Assembly: GCA_030324005.1 (NCBI GenBank)
Contig: JARDVH010000099.1
Coordinates: 48,750,903-48,814,902 of the forward strand
Length of the DNA stretch: 64,000 nucleotides
Direction: 5' to 3'
DNA from: Negaprion brevirostris
Taxonomy: Eukaryota
The position numbers were made by a program, and so were the translations under genes. Of this stretch, positions 59,201 to 64,000 are shown piece after piece. Position 1 is the first letter of the stretch, and each line of letters starts with the position of its first letter. The notes beneath the pieces are model-generated. The model ran no database searches. It had not been told where the DNA came from and was given only the letters and a program-made list of their open reading frames with translations.

Positions 59201-61680
59201 ATTCTATTATTCTAATTATTCAATTATTCTAAATGCAAACAGCACACCTAAAATCTAGTCTTCCAGCCATAGATTTACATATGAACGAAATTGATGCCAT
59301 CAGAAATTTGAATATACTATGGCCCTTAACTTAATAGTGTCAGGAATGTATGATTATTCCCCTTAAGTAAGCTCTGAAGGAATTTCCGTAGTATGTGGTA
59401 TAGTCCATAACTTGTTAGTCATCTCAGTAAATGGTTAACTAACACGTGTGAAAAATTGAATTACACAGGCATGAAGATCCCTCTTCAGTGATAAGAGCTA
59501 GTCACAGTCAAGAGAAATTTGAGGAATGTTCTTGCATCCAATCTTCATTGAACAACTGTGCTGGAAATTTGTTGATGGGAATAAGTTGATTAAAAGCCCT
59601 TTTAGCTGAATGTAGTAGACTTCAGCATTCGCATGCCAAATGTAACCAGGATCTTTAAGACTAGGCATTCCAACTTAAAAGTTCAAAACCTATCCCTTAG
59701 ATGCCTTCAAAAACTCTAGCCCTCAAAGTTCAGTGCATGGTTGATTGAAACGATTGTCAGCAAAGCTGCCTTTGCTGCTGATTTAAATAGTTCAAGCACT
59801 GTGCTATCTCATCATGCAGCAGGGAACCTTAGTACTGGGCTTGCTATGTTCCAACTTCCAGTGGGCGTAGTTATTTTCCTTTCAGTCAGCAGCCTCTTTG
59901 GCAGGTGATTAAATTGGTTTACTGCAAATAACACACGTTCACCTCTGCAACCAGTTCTCCAATGCTTTCCAAGATAACTGCTTGCAAAGTGTATTCCTCA
60001 ATTGAAATATCCTGAATTCAAATGAGAAACTGGATGTTGCTTTGACATTGCGCAGGAATCTTCAGTCCACTGTTTTCATCTGTATATCTAGTGATAGTAC
60101 AGAACCTTGCAAGATAATCTATTGTCCCCAAAAAGTTGGAGGTGATTAATTCTTATATTTTCTATGGCTAAATTCCCTTTCCTTATTTAACTTAATATGC
60201 ATGCAGCCATTAAAATTTAGATCGTTGTTTTATTCAGATGTGATGTTCCCAGTAAGCTTTCAAGCCTCCCACTGTACTGATTCGGAAATCTATTGCCACT
60301 CCTTTATGACGTCAATATCCTGGAACTGCATCCCCAACAGCATTGCTAGTGTACCTTTGCCACGTGGACTGCACAGTTCCAGAATGTGGCTCAACACCAC
60401 TTCAAGTGCAATTAGGAATGGATTTGAGTGCTGACCTTGCCAGTGAACAAATAATAAAAGAATCACTGCCTTCTTTCATCAGAACAAATATGTTTGCATG
60501 CAGAATAAGGCAGAGTACTCGATACTGTTGTCAGCCATTGCGTTGAGGGCAGTGTGCAAGTTACAGCAGAACACCTTTCAAAATGTGTATATTTTACAGT
60601 GAACAAAATCTGAACTACAAAAAAAAAAGTACTTATGCCCTGCAGCAGTGTTTCTAGATGTGACCTGGGCGATTTATCCAGCAAAATGTGGTAAGGAGGG
60701 AGCATTGTTACACTCCAAAGATGTGTGCAGAATTAATCTTGACTACACACTGCAGTGATTGGGTGAGGAATTGTCCATGCAGCTCCAGTCTGGCCAGTAG
60801 CATGACCACATGCAACTAGAATAAGGTGGTCATCATGTATACAGCTGGTTGACAAAGAATGTAAAACATCTTATTGAAACATTTGTAAAAGTGATTTGAT
60901 TTATTATTGTCACATGTATTAGTATACAGTGAAAAGTTCTGTTTGTTGCATGCCATACAAAGCATACTGTACATAGGGAAGGAAAGGAAAGGCATGCAGA
61001 ATATAGTGTTACAGTCATAGATAGGATGTAGAGAATGATCAACTTAATGTGAGGTAGGTCCATTCAAAAGCCTGATAGCAGGGAAGAAGCTGATTTTGAG
61101 TGAGTTAGTACGTGTCCTCAGACCTCTGTATTTTTCTTTGCCAACTATTTGAAATCTGTGCCTTTTTATTCTTGATCCTTTCACAAGTAACAGTTTCTTC
61201 CTATCCACTCTCCATCCCTCATGAGTTTGAAAAAGTATTGCTGTGAGCTGTAAGGTAATGCACTTCCTAGGCAAAACTAGAAGTGGGAGTATATAATCAA
61301 TGGAAGAATGGTGATAAACAAGGCCACCTGATTTTGTGTACACACTTAAATGGTCTCGAGTGAAAGGAGCGAAAGCCATACAAAATAGCAACTACCACTT
61401 CGGCTGAATGTTACATCCGTTCATGCCGGCAGGATTTTCCCATCCCACTGCACTGAACAGAGATTTGGCTGGGTGTAAATTCTCCGACCTTGCTGTGGTG
61501 GGGGTGTGGCATGAACGTGGGTTTAAAAGTTATTATAACTTGTTTATAAAAAAACTGAGTGGCAACTGCAGCTGTTATATGGTGTTTTTGTTTTCTTTTC
61601 AGCTTGCTGTTCGAGATTCACTAGAAAAAGTTTCAACTTCACAAAATGAACTACGCCCACCAACAGAAACTTCAATCTGA
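25610..61680 (+). CDS. FLVCR1: FLVCR1 (SLC49A1) MFS choline/ethanolamine transporter, complete 10-exon gene, 514 aa (span includes introns)
   Basis: Ten exons bounded by GT-AG splice into one open frame of 1545 nt (627+145+138+68+104+111+106+112+56+78). Motifs [46 protein letters not shown] and [12 protein letters not shown] match FLVCR1 better than FLVCR2 (recalled sequences). Confidence 0.93.
27808..29330 (+). mobile_element. Ty3/Gypsy LTR-retrotransposon relic (gag-pro-RT-RNaseH, heavily deleted) in FLVCR1 intron 1
   Basis: Degenerate zinc knuckle [18 protein letters not shown] at ~28298; protease [11 protein letters not shown] (DTG 28556); [13 protein letters not shown]; connector [19 protein letters not shown]; RNaseH SLTPVEQ at ~29172. 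Domain order is Gypsy-like. Confidence 0.75.
29828..30125 (-). mobile_element. HE1-like V-SINE (decayed)
   Basis: Reverse tail catagaatatagcatagaaag; caatttagcatagccaatccacctgacctgcacatc; tgcaaactccacacagtcaccc. Confidence 0.75.
30430..32045 (+). mobile_element. Old CR1-clade LINE remnants
   Basis: Patchy similarity to the family at 15720-16630 and 48520-49905 (gtcaggtgtg...tggatgagtgcagcttcaacagcaccaagaa...). Confidence 0.55.
32160..32316 (+). mobile_element. Younger CR1 RT fragment running into a gap
   Basis: [47 protein letters not shown]. Confidence 0.9.
34118..34262 (+). CDS. FLVCR1: FLVCR1 exon 2
   Basis: Pyrimidine tract plus ttcacag acceptor; [48 protein letters not shown]; donor AG|gtaagt; 145 nt. 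Confidence 0.95.
34335..35230 (-). mobile_element. CR1-clade LINE 3' half (minus, gapped) in intron 2
   Basis: Reverse [22 protein letters not shown] at ~35150-35230, and the reverse 3' tail of the same family as 15720-16630. Confidence 0.8.
36422..36559 (+). CDS. FLVCR1: FLVCR1 exon 3
   Basis: aaatag acceptor; (V)[45 protein letters not shown]; donor G|gtgagt; 138 nt. Confidence 0.95.
37325..37392 (+). CDS. FLVCR1: FLVCR1 exon 4
   Basis: ttttag acceptor; (G)[22 protein letters not shown]; donor GAG|gtaagt; 68 nt. Confidence 0.95.
38288..38391 (+). CDS. FLVCR1: FLVCR1 exon 5
   Basis: ttgcaag acceptor; [34 protein letters not shown](K); donor AA|gtgagt; 104 nt. Confidence 0.95.
41010..41560. 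mobile_element. MITE (Harbinger/Tourist-like), 551 bp, perfect 17-bp TIR, 3-bp TSD AGT
   Basis: agt|GGCCCAGAATTTGCTGG ... CCAGCAAATTCTGGGCC|agt; non-coding AT-rich interior. Confidence 0.8.
41743..41853 (+). CDS. FLVCR1: FLVCR1 exon 6
   Basis: ttacag acceptor; [36 protein letters not shown](G); donor GG|gtaaga; 111 nt. Confidence 0.95.
46017..46122 (+). CDS. FLVCR1: FLVCR1 exon 7
   Basis: tttcag acceptor; [35 protein letters not shown]; donor CAG|gtaaga; 106 nt. Confidence 0.96.
46372..46751 (-). mobile_element. V-SINE with internal ~126-bp tandem duplication
   Basis: Reverse head ...gtgctaaccactgtgccacc and tail aaagtttatttattagcgtcacaagtaggcttac; unit 46421-46546 repeated at 46547-~46684. 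Confidence 0.85.
47369..47620 (+). mobile_element. V-SINE 3' part spanning a gap
   Basis: ttggccatgctaaattctccctc ... gtaagcctatttgtgacactaataaaataaactt tail. Confidence 0.7.
48163..48418 (+). repeat. Diverged ~250-bp direct repeat, copy 1
   Basis: Colinear blocks shared with 50161-50410: ttgtga.ccaaa..ttggaac.tcccca, ctgctagctaccaa, tgga.cagatt.gaattt, caaatgattgg.gg, gcaa..atc.gcaatag, tgcactgc..tagatatgagaa. Confidence 0.8.
48520..49905 (+). mobile_element. CR1-clade LINE 3' half, interrupted by a V-SINE
   Basis: [24 protein letters not shown] | [21 protein letters not shown]; tail gcaataaatgttggc. Confidence 0.85.
48773..49042 (-). mobile_element. V-SINE with TSD-like flanks
   Basis: Reverse head gtgctaaccactgtgccacc; flanks cattattaagg and cattgtaagg. 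Confidence 0.85.
50161..50410 (+). repeat. Diverged ~250-bp direct repeat, copy 2
   Basis: Same colinear blocks as copy 1 at 48163. Confidence 0.8.
51023..51134 (+). CDS. FLVCR1: FLVCR1 exon 8
   Basis: ttgcag acceptor; [37 protein letters not shown]; donor AG|gtaatt; 112 nt. Confidence 0.95.
51950..54400 (-). mobile_element. Very old LINE (CR1-like) remnant, minus strand
   Basis: Long T-rich stretch with faint reverse APE/RT-like pieces (~52300, ~53000, ~53550). Motif support is weak. Confidence 0.35.
53627..53900 (+). mobile_element. HE1-like V-SINE
   Basis: gggcggcacggtggcacagtggttag head, V-domain and ggattctatgattcta tail. Confidence 0.88.
55890..56220 (+). mobile_element. LF-SINE-like ancient SINE
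   Basis: tRNA-like head ggggatttgatggtgcagtggattgg; tail gttgagacactttgttggggcagtttaaagggagttttactctgcatctgacc resembles the recalled LF-SINE 3' part. Confidence 0.5.
58094..58149 (+). CDS. FLVCR1: FLVCR1 exon 9
   Basis: tttgcag acceptor; (V)[18 protein letters not shown] contains the family IKSDLRR motif; donor CAG|gtaggt; 56 nt. Confidence 0.9.
58329..59260. mobile_element. Decayed MITE related to 41010-41560, carrying a V-SINE
   Basis: Starts GGCCAGATTTTGCT, shares attgctacatttacaca with 41127, and has a degenerate right end taaaatctagtc at ~59249-59260. Confidence 0.5.
58705..58975 (+). mobile_element. HE1-like V-SINE
   Basis: actgctgcctcacag...ttcaattc head; ggccagatggcctctttctgcagtgtaaggattcta tail. 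Confidence 0.82.
60250..60460 (+). mobile_element. CR1-clade 3' tail
   Basis: Same tail family as 16400-16630 (cctggaactgcatccccaacagcatt...gctgaccttgccagtga). Confidence 0.65.
60892..61140 (-). mobile_element. Rex1/Babar-like LINE 3' end
   Basis: Reverse [25 protein letters not shown]-terminal motif plus a 3' UTR ending aataataaatcaaatc. Confidence 0.75.
61402..61530. mobile_element. Small (~130 bp) MITE-like element just upstream of exon 10
   Basis: Starts GGCTGAATGTTAC (similar to the Harbinger ends); inverted 10-mers CGTTCATGCC (61418) and GGCATGAACG (61508). Confidence 0.5.
61603..61680 (+). CDS. FLVCR1: FLVCR1 exon 10 (C-terminus, stop)
   Basis: Long pyrimidine tract plus ttttcag acceptor; phase 0 fits exon 9; [25 protein letters not shown], ending like human ...SESAI (recalled). 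Confidence 0.82.
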   Translation, partial: LAVRDSLEKVSTSQNELRPPTETSI

Positions 61681-62570
61681 TTATTATGGGAGAGTGGATA
61701 GCAGTGGTACAACGCACAACTAGTACATAGCACTGAAAAGACATGAACAGCTGCTAAGGGTGCAATGGTTAGAAAACTGTGATAATTTATTAACGGTGAC
61801 CAATATTTATTAGAAGTTCTTGATAATCGACTCATTTTAACAGGTATCAAGAGCATTATGTTGTATCCCAGTAACTGGATCAGGTTTCCATTTTTAAATG
61901 TATAAAGCCTGCTAATCTGAACACCATTTTCATTCTTGCATATCTTTTGCTGTTTGAATGTCATTTTTAATGTTCAGTATTTTTCCAGATGTAAGCACAC
62001 AGAATATTCAACATTATTCTGGGGGCAAAAATCACATCCTTTTTTAGAAAAAGAGATGATCTTGTGATTTTTGTTTGTTATTGCTCTTGGGCATGTTGAA
62101 GGGTTTCAAGAACTGGTCAGTGTTCTGTAAAGTGAAGGAGAACTGAATCCTCCACAAAGCAAACTTTCTAGCCTTCTTAACATTCAAAGAAAAGTTTTTT
62201 TAGTTAAATTGTGTATAAATAACTCCTGCACAATTTGTAACATCTGTAAAAGCAATTTCAGTGGAAATGCACTTGATTCTTGTTAAGTAGTCAAAACTGT
62301 AATGTGCGTAGCAAGTAGCTTGCACAGATTTGATAGGTTTTATATATATATATCTGCAGTAAGTTACAAATTATGATCTGTAATGAAATGCTACAGATGT
62401 CTATGTATGTAAAAATGTTAGTGGACAGAAAATATTCACAACATAATGTGCACTTAAATCTATTAAATTCACAGGAATGAATACAGTAGATTTAAGATTC
62501 ACAAATGATATTCTATCTTGAACTTCATATGAAGCTAGAAAGTAAATAAATGTACAGTTTGTTGTCCAGT
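61681..62570 (+). other. Probable FLVCR1 3' UTR (may extend further)
   Basis: AT-rich sequence without recognisable repeats after the stop codon. ATTAAA at 62462 and AATAAA at 62545, followed by GT-rich sequence; another AATAAA at 63601. The true end is unknown. Confidence 0.5.
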
Positions 62571-63494
62571 GCAGTTTATGTACTGTAAACCCCCAAGGGG
62601 TGGGGGGAACAAATATCTGTTCATCAACATAGATGTGCCTTTAATATTGATACGAAAAGATGTAACAGATTTCAGTTGTGTTAGATGCATTGAATTCAAA
62701 GAACTGTGTTAAGGTCCAAATGATCAAACTCATGCAAGGTCATTAGTCCCTAGAAGCTGGATGGTACTGTATATATTGACAACGTAGAACCAAAGGTATT
62801 TCTCTTCCCTTTCTTTTCATCAATGCTAACCTGAGAAATTCTGTGTTTTTATTCATTTGCAAAGACTCCTAGTTCTCTGATTGCTACCAGGTGACGCTGT
62901 CAATTTATAAACCAGTCACTGTGGAAGTTGACATTGTAGTTATTTTGGTTCAAGTTTCACATATCTGTATATAATTGTAAGATTTTCTTCCGAGTGATTT
63001 TAATACACAATGAAATTTTTATTTTGCATACAATGATTTGTTGTGGTTTTTTTTTCTCCCTCTCTTCCCCTGATAGCTTGGCTGAAATCAGGAATTGGTT
63101 ATGTAAAGAATTATAGTCATGTCTGCTGTCCACCATTGAGTAGTACAGCTTATGATTGCACCTATGTATGCCAGACAGTTTCTTAATGTTTGTTTTTTTT
63201 CCGAGAGCAGATCAGTGCAGATGAAATTGTATGTTTAAAAAGACAATCTGTTTTTTTCATGTTAGTGACATTGCTGTGAAGCATGAACTGCATATTAGAT
63301 CACTGCAGTCTAAAAGGCTAGTGTTTTGAAGCAGTTTCACACTAATGTCACGTGATAAGCCCATTTTAGAAACCAGGTCTAGTGATTACATTTTTAAAAA
63401 ATTAAGCCATTGACAAATGTTTTGGTCATTTCTATTTATACCTCACATGGTTATAAATTGTCTGTTAAACATTAGTTATGTAATCTCACTTGCA

Positions 63495-63805
63495 GGGAAT
63501 AGCTGGTGTACAGTAGTGCACTGTCCATTCACCTCTGGGACCTAGATTCCAATCAAACCCAGATTCTCATGATTCTGGCAGTTGGAAGTGTCCTTTGTGG
63601 AATAAAATAAAGTTGTCTTAATCCAGTTCTTACATCTGGCCAACAAAGCAAAATTACTTGACATAAATTGGAAATCAATCATAAATTGAAAGTTGTAGAA
63701 AGTGGCACAAAATGAACCTGATGGATGTTTTCATATGATTAGGATTAAAGTGAATGTGAGGGCCTAATTCTGGCTTTTTCAAACCTAACCTGGGAGTAAT
63801 TGATT
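63495..63805 (+). mobile_element. LF-SINE-like ancient SINE
   Basis: cattcacctctgggacctagattccaatcaaacccag, tcttaatccagttc and cctaacctgggagt blocks resemble the recalled LF-SINE consensus. Confidence 0.5.
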
Positions 63806-64000
63806 TAAAGAGCATGTGGCTAATTTCTCACCACAGAATTTCACCAGAAGAGACTCGTGCAAAATTCAGGTATAGGATTTTGGAGCTTTTACAACTCTAC
63901 TCAGTTACTAGGTTTTCCAAAGCAAGTACTTTGAAAGATTCTTTGTCACTGGATTTAGCTGAATTTCTATAATCCGTGACTGAGTACTGTAAATACTTGT

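Noticed and set aside
62560-63225. CAGTGC loops as possible iron-responsive elements in the 3' region
   Set aside because: The flanks do not form the 5-bp upper stem with a bulged C.
1-64000. CRISPR array, operon or other prokaryotic defence system
   Set aside because: The sequence is spliceosomal-intron vertebrate DNA, with no regularly spaced repeats or bacterial ORFs.

Overview
Eukaryotic (vertebrate) genomic DNA, very probably a shark or other elasmobranch, judged from abundant HE1-type V-SINEs and CR1 LINEs. It comes from a gapped scaffold with many 100-N gaps. The only intact protein-coding gene is a complete 10-exon MFS transporter on the + strand, FLVCR1 (SLC49A1; choline/ethanolamine transporter, formerly called a heme exporter). 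Its CDS is join(25610..26236,34118..34262,36422..36559,37325..37392,38288..38391,41743..41853,46017..46122,51023..51134,58094..58149,61603..61680), 1545 nt or 514 aa, with all introns GT-AG and a CpG-island/CCAAT-rich promoter. The rest is mostly layered transposon fossils: a near-complete two-gene PIF/Harbinger DNA transposon (DDE nuclease plus a convergent, intron-containing Myb/SANT gene), further Harbinger relics and MITEs, CR1 and Rex1/Babar LINE pieces, a Ty3/Gypsy relic, Penelope-type tails with hammerhead-ribozyme cores, and ancient Deu-domain and LF-SINE-like SINEs. I see no convincing intact novel system. The best leads are the altered substrate-site residues of this FLVCR1, the Harbinger cluster, the ribozyme relics and an unexplained diverged ~250-bp repeat. 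Comparisons to human proteins and repeat consensuses are from memory, not from database searches.
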